The notes below the pieces were generated by a model, which had not been told where the DNA came from, searched no databases, and worked only from the letters and a program-made list of their open reading frames with translations. A DNA stretch of 64,000 nt from Octopus sinensis (Eukaryota). The DNA lies in NCBI RefSeq assembly GCF_006345805.1, contig NW_021833025.1, positions 124,001 through 188,000 of the forward strand, given 5' to 3'. Every line of letters begins with the position of its first letter. The stretch's first letter is position 1. The position numbers and the translations under genes are program-made. Of this stretch, positions 50,601 to 62,652 are shown piece after piece.

Positions 50601-52012
50601 TTCATGTCTTCGCATTCTCCATCAATTGTTTCGTTAACAACTTGATCTAAATGTTCATCTGTTAGACAGTTTTTTGTTGCATAAGAATCACGGTTCCTGT
50701 CGATTTTCTTCCAACAATTAACAATACTTTTAGCATCTATTTTCTCCCATCCTTTTGAAATTAGCATCATAACCTGACGCAAATTTAATTTACCAATAGA
50801 ATGTGTAAAATCGTTTTCGAATCTTGAAAACATAAAAATCCATTAAGAAAGAGGAATAATAATCTTTAAAAATTTTGATTATTCCCATATCCAAAGGTTG
50901 TAAATAGGGCGTTGTATTTTTCGGCAAAATAAAAATTCGATGTTCGAACATTCGGCAGTTTTATGGCATCCCGCATTGTCAAGTATTAATAATATTTTTC
51001 TGTTGTTTTTGCAAAACGATTCATTTATAAGTGTAAGCCAACTCATAAAAGTCTTTCCAGTCATCCATGCATTTTGAGAAGATGATACAATAACCCAAAA
51101 TCTTGAACATCAAAATTTTTTAGACACCGAGGTTTTTTATATTTTCCAATAATCAATGGATTAAGTTTTTCCCCGATTAACTGCAGCATAGAAGAACAGT
51201 GAGTCTTTCTTTCCCTTGTTTATAACCAAAACACGGTTCGCCTTGTTCAACAAATGATTTTTGAGGAGTTCTTTTTATAAAAAGCGCAGTTTCATCACAT
51301 TAAATATTCTCAGGTCCATATTTTAATACTTTCTGGTCATATTTTTCAAAATATTTTTCACATAAGATAAATCACATGAAGCTTTTTCACCACATATTGA
51401 CTTGAATTGAAGTTCATGCCGCAATTTAAATCTATCAAGCCACCCATTGGAAGCTTTAAAAGAAGTAAATCCAATTTTTGAAGCTGTAACTAAGGCAATT
51501 TTTTTCAAAATAGGGCCTGAAATCGGAATTTTATCTACGCGTAGTCTTTGAAATATTTCAAAGACTTGATCATCAATTTATCTTTATCGGCTTTAAATGT
51601 GTCATATTCCTCAGAAATAGTATTGCCGTGTTGCAAGAAAGGTACAATATTTCGTTTTATTCTTGATATTGTTCCTTTACTTGTGTTGTACTTTTTCATT
51701 AGTTGCCTCTCAGATAAATTTTTCTTCAAAATTTCTTTAGCAATCTTCAATTTAGTTTCGTAATCCATAACCACAACAATAAAATATAAATTGAAAATAA
51801 AACAAAAAATAATTAATTTATTATAATTTTATTTTATTTTTAATTCCTTATAAATGATTTTATGGTGCCCCAAAAATCCATAATTTTTTATCGATTTTTA
51901 TTTTTTTTCTGCCAAAATGTACTTTTGGAATAAAGTGCCCCAAATTGCGGGGGTGCCCCAAAATCCGAGGGTGCCCCACCCCTGGGGTCTGCCCCATTTT
52001 GGGGTCGGACTG
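47613..52012 (-). mobile_element. pogo/Tigger element carrying nested LINE copy 2
   Basis: TIRs CAGTCCGACCCC(C)AAA(A)TGGGGCA, TA TSD; decayed transposase 50519-51774 (FKASNGWLDRFK, LLILDNAGCH). Confidence 0.9.
47780..50437 (-). mobile_element. LINE family X copy 2 (APE + RT)
   Basis: 633-aa ORF with NETKL, GDLNAKH, GSDHLP and RT; 14-bp deletion near 48520; (TTCA)n tail; 12-bp TSD TGTCTGATATTG at 47768 and 50438. Confidence 0.95.
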
Positions 52013-52562
52013 TATAATTTTCTATCTAAACTTTATCTCCGACACTAAATTCGTATTTACTATTGTGGACATTCATTTTTCTATTCATTGTCTTTAGTAG
52101 GCTGAGTTTCCATCAATCGGATTTAAATTAAATTTGATTTTTTTTGGACTTGGATAATTAGAATCGCCTAAATATAAATTCAAAGTTAAAATACTTGAAT
52201 TTTCAAGTGAGCAACCACAAATATGACCTTAAAAATATGACTTTTTTGACCTTATAATTAGAAAAGATGACCTTATTGGTTAGAAAATATGAGGTTATGG
52301 TCAGATAAATTGAGCAATCTTTTGGCCCTTTTTCGGAGGCGGGAACCAAAAATCTGGACTAAAATTTATAAATAATCAGATTTTTTAGTAACCAACCTTA
52401 TTTTTAAATTTTTTGGACTTGTAGTTATCTAAATTAAAATAGTCAAAAATTCAAAATTTTAAATAAAATTTTCCAAGAGGCTGGGATTTTACCCGAAACC
52501 ACGTAGTTCCCAGAAAAACATGGTTAATAAATCATTCGCCTTACGTCAGTTCTAGTGGAACT

Positions 52563-53530
52563 TATATCATTAAGAATTAAAATTTATTAAAATAACACAT
52601 TAAATAAGGTTTAATATTTTCTTTCTTGAAGTTTCTGCCTTTCGCTAAAAGTTTATTTAACATCGAGAAACTTCTTTCGACAGATAATGTGGTTCCCGGA
52701 CATTTCCATAAATACACGAATAATTCAGGAGGGAAATCTCTCAAATTAGCTTCTTGAATGCTATTCCATGGCATTGAATTTGTTCTTTTTTTTAAATATT
52801 GTGCAATCTCACATGGATCTTCCCCAAAGTCGATAGAATTAATACATTGAATAGCATCTTTAACAGTATAAAAAGTATCTTCACATTTCTTTATTCCTTT
52901 GCTTAGACAGTTGTAAGATGCTATGTTTGCTAGGTTCCGCTCCAGTGAATCAGAATCTATCGCCTTCTTTGCATTCAAAACAAATTTTCCATTATTCGAT
53001 AACGAGAAAACAATCCTTCGGATTTTGTTCAAATGTTTTGAATAATATGTTGCAGCATTAAGCCAGCTGCACCATCTTGTGACAACAACATCTGGAGGTA
53101 GACCAAATTCTGAAAAAAGCTTTTGACGACTTTTATTTTTAAGCGTCACAATCTTTATCGATGATATTAAGAAATCGATGTCTTGATAGTGAGAACGCTT
53201 TTTAGTGCACAATTATGAAGTAAATGGGCGAAACAAGTAAGGTGAATCATATTCGGATAAAATATACGTATGCTAGTTGCGGCTGACATCATATACGGTG
53301 CAGCATCAGTTAACAACAAAACAAAGTTTTTTCTCTCAACTTGGTAATTTCGTAAGCAATCATCAATTGTTTGACAAATTGAACTTGCATCACACGTCTC
53401 AACACAAATACAGTCAATTAAATAAATATTGGTTGGGTTGTCAATCTTCCCAGCAATAATGTTCACATATTTTTTTAAAGAATGTTGGGTTTCGTCTATT
53501 ACTAAAAATATTTGACTCCCTTTGAAATAT
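52563..53530 (-). mobile_element. hAT-like (CGGBP1-related) transposase, frameshifted
   Basis: LLTDAAPYM, HLTCFAHLLH, VVTRWCSW and SVERSFSML motifs. Confidence 0.78.
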
Positions 53531-53549
53531 TCTTTAAGTTTTTCGCCTC

Positions 53550-54000
53550 AAGCAAGTGGAGGTTGAAAAGTGTCACAAGTATGATCTACTGGCAAGCGAG
53601 CTTTCGCTTCTGTATAGCTTTCAAGTAAAAATAATTCCTGAGGTTATGACATGGGATGGAGTTGTCTCGAAATGCTTCAAAAATTATATGAAGAAACTAT
53701 CTATTGAAGCAGGAACGAGGACATACATCCAATCCGTTGTACTGAAAAGAACGCTCGAGAGTATGATGATCGAACACAAGCACGGAATGAAGGTATCTGG
53801 TGAAGAATACGCTTCTGCTTCCAACCGGTATGTGGAGATGGCATGCAAAGGTGAAGACAACCCAATGAATGCTAAAGAAGATGCAATGGTTGAATCAGAT
53901 GTGGTAATGGGGAGTAAGAGGCAGCTGGAAGTAGGCTCTTCTTCCAAGAGAAGAAGAGTGGATATCAGCAAGCTGGAGTGAGATCTGCTTAGTTTCTGAT
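53550..54000 (+). mobile_element. R4/NeSL-like RLE C-terminal fragment
   Basis: EKCHKYDLLASEL..IIPEVMTWDGVV..YIQSVVLKRTLES. Confidence 0.7.
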
Positions 54001-54354
54001 TAACTATTAATTTATTATTGTTTGTTAAAATATATAGTTTTGATTAAATGAAAAAAAATATAACTTTATGGAAAAAATATGACCTTATGAAAAAAATATG
54101 ACATTAATGACCTATAAAACTACATCGAAAGTAAATAAAAATTAATTCAAAAGTTATTCTAAGTTTTGTTGGAAAATGTCTTCATAATCACCTCAATGAT
54201 CCTCGTCTCCTGGAATTTTTCTCCTCTTGGGAGAGCTTTCCACCAACGCACCATCAGCACTTTCATTCTCCGAACACAAGATTTTCCCTAAATAAAAATA
54301 TAATAATAATTTAAAATGATGGAAATAATAAACTAACAATTCTTTTTTGATATG

Positions 54355-54362
54355 ACTTCTCT

Positions 54363-54395
<33 letters not shown>

Positions 54396-54725
54396 CTGAA
54401 CTCGTGCATTCATTTAGTCTTAAGTGAAGCTTTCCACCCACTTTAGCTTGCACTCACAAGCAAGCCGACTCTAACGATGCTTGCAGGCATACGTACACAG
54501 TTACTACAGGCCTTTCACCTTCTCTGGGAAGTCCATTTCGATAGAACTTGGTACCGTATACATTTCCTAATAACACTGCAAACGCCACAGTTCGTAGTTT
54601 AACTACAATTCGACGATGGACTATTCCCAATTCATTCGCCATTACTACGGGAATCCCGGTTGGTTTCTTTTACTCCGATTAATGATATGCTTAAGTTCAG
54701 CGGGTAGTCATGCCTGGCTGAGGCT
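54355..54725 (-). rRNA. 28S rRNA 5' fragment (orphan rDNA piece)
   Basis: ACCCGCTGAACTTAAGCATATCA..AAAGAAAC and GCGAACAAGTACCGTGAGGGAAAG on the minus strand. Confidence 0.9.
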
Positions 54726-55085
54726 GGTTCAAATTCACTAGCTATTTATTTCATCACCAAACATAACCAAATTGGTAGTGATTCAATAAATAACACTAAA
54801 TTAGTGTAATAAATGCAAACAGTCAATACATACGCTAATCATCTTCAAATACACAGCTCGACACGTAACAATTGTTATGCCACTACAGGTACACGCTCAA
54901 CCAGACCATCCCACTCGGTATCCAAGCACAAAAATCAAAAGGACTACCACCTGTTTGAGTCTAACAACTCTACGGTAGTCACCCTTATGGCTGGCTTTGC
55001 CTAACTTGAACTTCTCAACAGAACCAGACACAAATTAGCTAACTGCACGCAAGCAGCAACCAGTTAAACGACTACATCGTCTCAG

Positions 55086-55690
55086 TAGTGATCCTTCTGC
55101 AGGTTCACCTTTAGAAACCTTGTTACGACTTTTACTTCCTTTAAATGAGTAAGCTCGGGTGTCTTCTTGCATGCTATAGCACACGATCCAAAAACCTCAC
55201 CAAATCATTCATCGGTAGTAGCGATGGGCGGTGTCTACAAAGAGCAGGGATGTAATTATTGCATGCTAATGACCTGCGATTATTAGGAATTCCTTGTGCA
55301 CGAAGAATAATTACAAGCTGTCCTGCCACGAAAAAAATTTCAAGGCTTAGTTCGCTTTTCCAAGCAAAACCCCCCTTGCTTTCTTCATTGTAGCACGCGT
55401 GCGGCCCCGAACGTCTAAGGGCAATCACCGACATTTTATTGCTCATTTTCAAGTGTTTTTTACACTGATCCTTCTTAGTAGTCGAAAACTAGAATCGAAA
55501 GACTAGTAAGTAAGTCTGAGTTTCGTTCGTTATCGGAATAAACCAGACAAATCACTCCACCAACCAACAACGGCCATGCACCACTACCCACAGTATCAAG
55601 AAAAAGCTATCAGTTTGTCAATCCTCACTGTGTTCGGCCCGGGTGAGTTTTTCTGCGTTGAGTCAAATTGAGCCGCAAGCTCCACTCCTC
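55086..55690 (-). rRNA. 18S rRNA 3' third (orphan rDNA piece, followed by a spacer and the 28S start)
   Basis: GGTGGAGTGATTTGTCTGG, AAGTCGTAACAAGG and GGTGAACCTGCAGAAGGATCA; substitutions at normally invariant sites suggest a pseudogene. Confidence 0.93.
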
Positions 55691-55899
55691 AATTCTAAGA
55701 GCATCCACACGTCACTCAAATATCCGGTAGAAGCATTACCTGCGACTTGACCTTCTGAGGACAACTCGATTCCAAAATTTCTTGTAAAAATTTTCCTTGC
55801 AAAATTGATTTTTCCCTAAAAAAACATTTGTCTTCCACAACTTTATAAAAATTGCCTTTAATCATGCATAGCTTGACTATTTCAATATACAAATACTGC

Positions 55900-56400
55900 C
55901 CTACCTTCGTAGTACTAAAGACTGTAAGGCTTGTTGATGGGGTTAGTAAATAACTAAAGTACTATAAGATCAATCAAAACTTATAAATATCTCGAATAAT
56001 TCCATTTACGCGGCATATGAGAGCCAGGATAAAATAAACATCCACTGAAGGACAAAAAAGACGACGTTCTAAAAGTAGTTGAAAAAATACTTAAGGGCAC
56101 TTAAAATATAAATGAATGTTGACTTACTTGTCTACTGATCCAAAGTGTTAGTAGCAAATTTTCACTTCTCCAGGAATCTTTGTTCAGTTTAAAGTATAGC
56201 TGGTGTGCAGAAAGTGCTGGAAGTGAAAATAATACCTATTTATTAACTTGGGATGGGCTGATAACTCAAAAATTTCTACAATATGAACGTTTGCTTAACA
56301 TCAATGAGAGAACGCATGAATATTTTCAATCACTAACAACAAAGAAAATCCTCGATAGCATTATTGTCTTTTTTAGAAACACAGTTGAGCCGTAAGAAAG
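55900..56400 (+). mobile_element. R4/NeSL-like RLE C-terminal fragment
   Basis: YLLTWDGLIT..YFQSLTTKKILDSI. Confidence 0.6.
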
Positions 56401-56419
56401 GATGTTTGAACTGGACAAA

Positions 56420-56990
56420 AGAAGTTTGGATTAGGTCGGTGTGTTGATCACAGTGAAGTTGAATCTTGTTTGTCTTAAATAGACGATTCTAAATTGGATA
56501 ATTCTTTAGTTGGGAATATAAAACTGGAGCCTGTTCCTTATAAAGAACCCAAAGAAAACTGTCAAAAGCAGTTTGATAAATGGTTTCAACACTACTTTTA
56601 TGAAACTAAGCTCCGTTAGAAGTTCTATTTTTATAATTCTATCTTTAATTCTATTTTTAACTATGAATTTAATCTTCCAGGGAGAGTACGATATCGGAGA
56701 TTTGAACATCTGCCTAAACCTGAAGTGCACAAGATTAATTCATAAAATAGCTGCATTGTGATCGTCGTACTTGTGCTCAACGCGCAAGATTGATCCATTT
56801 CCTCCAAATGTGATCAAACATCCAATATCCTTTAGGTTTGCTGAGAAAAAAGGTTCCTCACCGAGGTCACTTGCTTTATCATCCTCAACAACAACCTGAA
56901 TGCTGTTTTCTTTTTGAAAAGAGATAAACTGTTCACGAATTTTTTTGATAAAAAATTTTTAGCTCAGGGGAAAAAGACCATTGTTTTCAT
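56420..56990 (-). pseudogene. nadK: Bacterial-type NAD kinase pseudogene
   Basis: VVVEDDKASDLG..DIGCLITFGGNGSILRV..HNAAIL*INLVHFRF, then ADVQISDI after a frameshift; matches the GGDG and ILGINLGHLGF motifs; no introns. Confidence 0.75.
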
Positions 56991-57545
56991 TGGACTTTGG
57001 CAGTTTGTCTTGAAAAAGTCTTTAAGACCTGTATAGGAATATTGTCGAGGGAAAGTCCAAATCTTTTTAACAAATCTTCATCACTACCATGCTGCACAAA
57101 TTCTTAAGAAACTCCAAAGTTTTAAATGAGTAAATGAGTCAAGTCTTCTTAGACGATAAAAGATTTGATAATCAATCATATGAGACCTTGAAGTGCATTT
57201 TCTTTAATTGTAACAATACCTCGAGAGTTTTCAAAGTGTCTTTTCAGGAACTTTGTATCCAAAGGTTTAACAAAAATCGGGTCAATGACGGTACCATCAA
57301 TGCCTTCTAACAAACAAAAGTTCGCATGTTTGCATAGCAATATTCACCATGTAACCCAGAGCTACTATCGTCAGATTTTTTTAAAAAATTTTCCCTCGCC
57401 AAAAGGAACTTGTTCGATTGGAATCTACCTTCTTAAGTTAGGATACTGGATAGCAGTTGAAAGGTTCCATTCAAAAAGACTTTCTAGAAAAATCTTTAGC
57501 ATATTCCCATCTCTAGGGTGCGTGATGACCATATTTGGCGCGGAT
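56987..57545 (-). pseudogene. dxs: Bacterial 1-deoxy-D-xylulose-5-phosphate synthase C-terminal pseudogene fragment
   Basis: Across frameshifts: PNMVITHPRDG, SFEWNLSTAIQYPN, TIVALGYMV, EGIDGTVIDPIFVKPLD, IVTIKEN, FVQHGSDEDLLKRFGLS. Confidence 0.82.
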
Positions 57546-57749
57546 TTAAATTATTTAATCATCAAAATTATTTAATAAATATTTCAAATGTAGCAAGCAG
57601 CCTAGTGAGTGATTCCAGTTTTTAAATGTTTGAATTTTTCATAAAATTCATCTGTTTATATTTCTCTAAACTGTTAATCAATTAGAATAAAAACTCTTCT
57701 CTTTAAAGTTAGATTATTTGAATTTTTTAGCATAAAACGTGTATTAGAG

Positions 57750-57900
57750 AAAACTGGTCATTGGCAGATAGCCAGAGTATTTCCTCTGACTATGGCTATG
57801 GATATTCTTTTGGTTAAATACCGGTGCTCACACGGGTCGCGGGTAACCCTTTCCATTAGTGAGCCAATCCGCTGGAGCAGGCTCCGAGTAGAAGACCCGA
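57750..57900 (-). mobile_element. CRE-like extreme 3' fragment
   Basis: RIGSLMERVTRDPCEHRYLTKRISIAIVRGNTLAI. Confidence 0.7.
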
Positions 57901-58741
57901 AAATTGAAATTTGGTTGTATATATAATTACATCTTGACTAAAAATGATTATATTCCCCCTGAATTATTTTATATTTCCAAATTTAATTATCTAAATTGGC
58001 CATTAATCCCAGCAGGAATCTGAATTAAAATTTGTACATTTTAAAATTAAAAGCAATTAGTAGTTAGTTATTTAGATCAAATGTTAAAATAACATCTATA
58101 ATGTAAGTTTGTTTAATAAAATTAAAAAATTATTATTCCTTTTTTTTAAAAATTATTATTATTCCAAATACAATTTTATATTAAAAAAAGTATAAAAAAG
58201 TAAAAATAGCATTTTATCAGTAAAATCGTTCTACTGATAAGCATGTCATTAAAGAATATTCAACGTGTTGATTATGATTAATCATGTCATTACTAAATTC
58301 GAAATAAGATAAAATAGTTTAATTTGGCACTATTAAAGGATTCAGTTTAGATTTTTGGTATATTCTGAGGATACATCAAATTGTTGACAAACTAGGTTAA
58401 ATCAATGAGACAGAAATAATACTTTATTGATGGGGATTTGATACTAAGATCAAATTCTTTACTAAAACTGCTTTATTTATATTAATCTTTATGGAAACTC
58501 TTGTTGTTTCCCTTGAGACTTAATTAAGTAATTAAAACTTCTGGTTCACAATCTGTGAGGCTGGGAGGGCGTCCTAAACTGCGTAGTCTTAAACAAACTT
58601 CCTCCTTTTCTAACTTAACTTTTGTAAACAAATTTATATTTTATAAATTAATATACGATTTAATATTTAAATTATCAATAACTTGCGGTTGTCCTGGCGA
58701 TGCGTGCCATATATAAAATGTCTAATTAATACGAATTATCA

Positions 58742-61700
58742 ATGCGTGGTAGCTTCAGGAAATCGTTAAATCCAGGTAATTAATAAAAAAATTCAAGTTT
58801 AATTCAGAGACAGAAAGAACTGTTTTGTCAAACACTGGGACTCAACAGTGCACGCCATTTTGCGTAAAAGTCTACTTTTCTATTCTAGACCAACCTAATT
58901 ATTACCTCAAAGTATACGTGGTATTCATTTTTACCAATAAATATGTATGAACAATTCTCGAGGGTTTCCAACGCTTATTTTTTAGTATTAATGATTTTAC
59001 AAGTTAATTAAATATTAAAATTCAGTTAATTCCGGGAATATCGTCATTATCTCCACTTACAACAATATTTCCCCTATTTATTGTGATTAGTCTGTCTGCT
59101 ATAAAAGATATATATGACGATTACGTGAGGCATAAGAACGATGACGAAGTCAATAACCGACATTGTTTAATTTTCCGTGATGGAGAATATTCCCCTGTAA
59201 AGTGGAGAGATGTGGTAGTGGGTGATATTCTCAGACTCTCAAGTGAAGAGAAAGTGCCAGTATTTTTTCACTATCTTCATTTCCAGGCTGACATTGTGTT
59301 ACTTAGTACCAGCGACGACGGAATTTGTCTTGTCGAAACAGCGGAACTTGATGGGTTGCCATTAATTAACAAATTTGTGCAGAGAAACAAACTTGAAGAC
59401 TCGAAATGCTCTTCCTTCCACTGTTCAGAAGTTCGCTTCTTCTAATTTGGATGATTACCTTCTAAAAGTGTCATCAGAACTGCCAAATAAAATACTTGAC
59501 AAATACGAAGGAACTCTTCAAATGCAAGACGATTCCATATTTTCATTAAGCAACGAAAATGTGGTTCTTCGTGGTTGCGTAATTCGGAACACTGCTAATG
59601 TAGTTGGAATGGTTATTTTCACTGGATGTGACACAAAAATTATGATGAACTCTGGAAAACTCCGTTTAAAGCGGACACATCTTGATATGTACGTCAATAC
59701 AGTCATCATGCAGGTTTCTTTTAATTGCTATTGGCAGATACTCATTTTCCTCGTTACTTCCGTTGTTGTCCTTATCATTGGGCAGGGGATTTGGGAGAAA
59801 ATTTTTGGTGTCGATTTGAGATTGTATCTTCCCTGGGCGGAGTATCTTCCGTTGAATGTCGATAGTGCAATCACAGTAAAGTCTATTTTATCTTTCTTCT
59901 CTTTTGTTATTATTATGAATGCCATAATCCCGATTTCTCTCTATGTGAGGTCTGTTTTAATATCCATTTTCGTAGTGTTGAATTCATTCGTTTTTGGCAG
60001 TCACTTTTTATTAACTGGGACTTGAGAATGTGTGATTCTAACACGGGGACTTTCGCCAAAGCCCGAAGCACTAACCTTATTGAGGAATTGGGGCAGATTC
60101 AGTATATTTTCAGCGACAAGACCGGCACCCTAACTCAAGTTTGGCTATTTGGAAAATATTTTAAGAATTTGATGAAATTTAGACAATGTTCTATTAAAGG
60201 TGTCAAATATATGGAATTTCAGGTTTTTCTTTGCATTTACCATGGTAGGAAAAGGAACTGCGGGATCAAATTCTGGGAAATGATGATACAACTAGGCTTT
60301 TTATGGAAATACTGTCAATCTGTCATACTGTCATGGTTGGGAACGTTAATTACGGTATTGAATTTATTGTGTTTTTAGATAGTACTCCTAATTTTCAGGC
60401 ACAGTCGCCTGACGAGGGAGCTCTAGTTGAGGCAGCATGCTATTATGGATTCATATTTAAGGTTTTAGCACAAAAACAACTTTAGAGTCGAAAGAATGGT
60501 ATAATTGAAATCGAAGTCAACGGGACTTCACTTTATTTCGAAATATTGGCAATCCTTGACTTTGACAATTTCCGAAAAAGAATGTCTGTTGTAGTCCGTA
60601 GAAATGGGAAAATCACGTTATTCTCGAAAGGAGCCGACACTACGATATTTCAGGTTCTATCCTCATCCAATTCCGAGTCACTTCGTAGCACTACAGAACA
60701 ACACTTAAATGTAATAGTTAATGTAATTTGGAGGACTTTGCTTGTTCTGGACTCAGGACTCTTTGCTTTGCCTATAAGGAGATTAAAATAGAGGATTGGA
60801 ATCGATGGTTTAGTGACTATTCTGCTGCCAGTTTGTCTTTGACTGACAGATCTGGGATGATAAATCACTGTATCATGGAACTAGAGAAGGACCTGATTCT
60901 TTTGGGTGCCACGGGAATCGAGGACAGATTACAAGACAACGTGGCCGATACTATTTCGTCAATTACTGCTGCAAAAATTAGAATTTGGGTACTCACGGGA
61001 GACAAATTGGGTTGCTAACCTACTCTTTACAACTCAGAGACCGCTGTAAATATCGGGCATTCTTGCAGTTTGTTAACAAATGATATGTACGGAGTCTTCA
61101 TGCTGGACAGTGAATTTAGGGATGAGGTTAAATCAAAACTGGATGGTTTTATAAACAACATCCATCACTCTCTAATGAAAATGGATATTGATTATTACCA
61201 ATTCCGAGATGCATATAACACTTTTTCGACGTGTTTTGACGGATTCCTAGGTTTTTCCCTGGTAATCACAGGCCAGGCATTGGTTTGCCCAGATTAAACT
61301 GATTCTTTTTAGGATATTGCTCTCAGTAATTATGCCCAACTATTTGTTGAATTGACCAGTTGTTGCAAAACAGTGATTTGCTGCAGAGTCACGCCCCTAC
61401 AAAAGTCACAAGTAGTCTGCTTGATCAAAAAACACAAGAAAGCGATAACACTTTCTATCGGAGATGGGGCCAATGATGTCAGCATGATCAAAGGTGTTGC
61501 GAGAGTTGAATTTACTTTAGCTGCCGATATTGGAGTTGGTATATCTGGTAAGGAAGGAAGACAGGCAGTGTTAGCTTCAGATTATTCTATCAGCCAATTC
61601 TGCTTTCTCAAGTATCTCCTCTTGTATCATGGACGTCTCTCATATTTTCGGATGTCAGCTTTTTTGTCATATTTTTTCTACAAGAGTTTCAGTTTTGCAT

Positions 61701-62576
61701 TTGCCCAGTTCATTTATGCATTTTTTTCCGCCTTCAGTGCTCAAGTCTGGAGGTTTTGTGATTTTGTAGATCTTCTATCATGTTATTTTTATGGCAACCT
61801 ACAATTTGGTTTATACTTCGGTTCCCGTGCTTGTCATGGCTATTCTGGACAAGGTATATTGTGCTCAATTATCTTTCTGGATGTTCTTAACCCAGAAATG
61901 GCCACTGATCCAAAATTGTACGATTCAGGTCTAAGAAATCGGCTCTTTAACAAAAAAATATTTTTTCTGTCGGCATTTGAGGGCTGTGTGACTTCACTGG
62001 TTATCACTCTCTTCACATACCTTGCCTTCAATGACGGGGTCGATTTAAGCGGGAAAACAATAGATGATCTCTACACAGTTCAACACGTGGGAATGACTTT
62101 ACTCACTTTCGTGGTCACATTTAGAGTTTTTTTGGATATTTGATTATAGTGTGCTTTGTACATGAGTTCTTGGACTTTTTTTCATCATTCTACAATATGG
62201 CTGTCAATTCTAGCTTATTTCGTGGTCGTTCTTTTCCTCAGTGGGGATATTGTAAAGAGTACCGCTATTGGAGCAGCCTTCACAGTCTTGCAATCTCCTA
62301 TTTTTTGGTTTTTGCTACCATTGGTAATGACTTGTCTGCTTATGCCTGTTGCTGCTTATAAGTATCTTATTTTTTCTATTTGTGAAAGGGCTGTTCATTC
62401 TCACTTCCATCCTTCATATGCACGCGAGTTAGTGATGAATCCTAAAAGGAAGATACCGAAGACGACATGGAGTCGGCGTCGCGGATATGCCTTCTCTCAG
62501 GAAGAAGTATTGGCAGTTTTGGTTATATTCTTAGACTGCTATTGGAAAAAAATATATTAAGAATTCGGCTTGCTAG
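58742..62576 (+). CDS. P4-type phospholipid-transporting ATPase (ATP8B-like), many short introns
   Basis: [91 protein letters not shown]. Confidence 0.93.
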
Positions 62577-62652
62577 TTATTAGATATTTATGATATTAAA
62601 CTCTTATTTTTTATTGAAAAATTTATTTTAAATTAATTTAGTATATTTAAGG

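Noticed and set aside
56506-57110. Long frame broken only by TGA, suggesting mitochondrial-code (NUMT or mitovirus) sequence
   Set aside because: One TGA is the natural dxs stop and the other replaces a conserved Gly of NadK; the homologous frames shift, so decay explains it.
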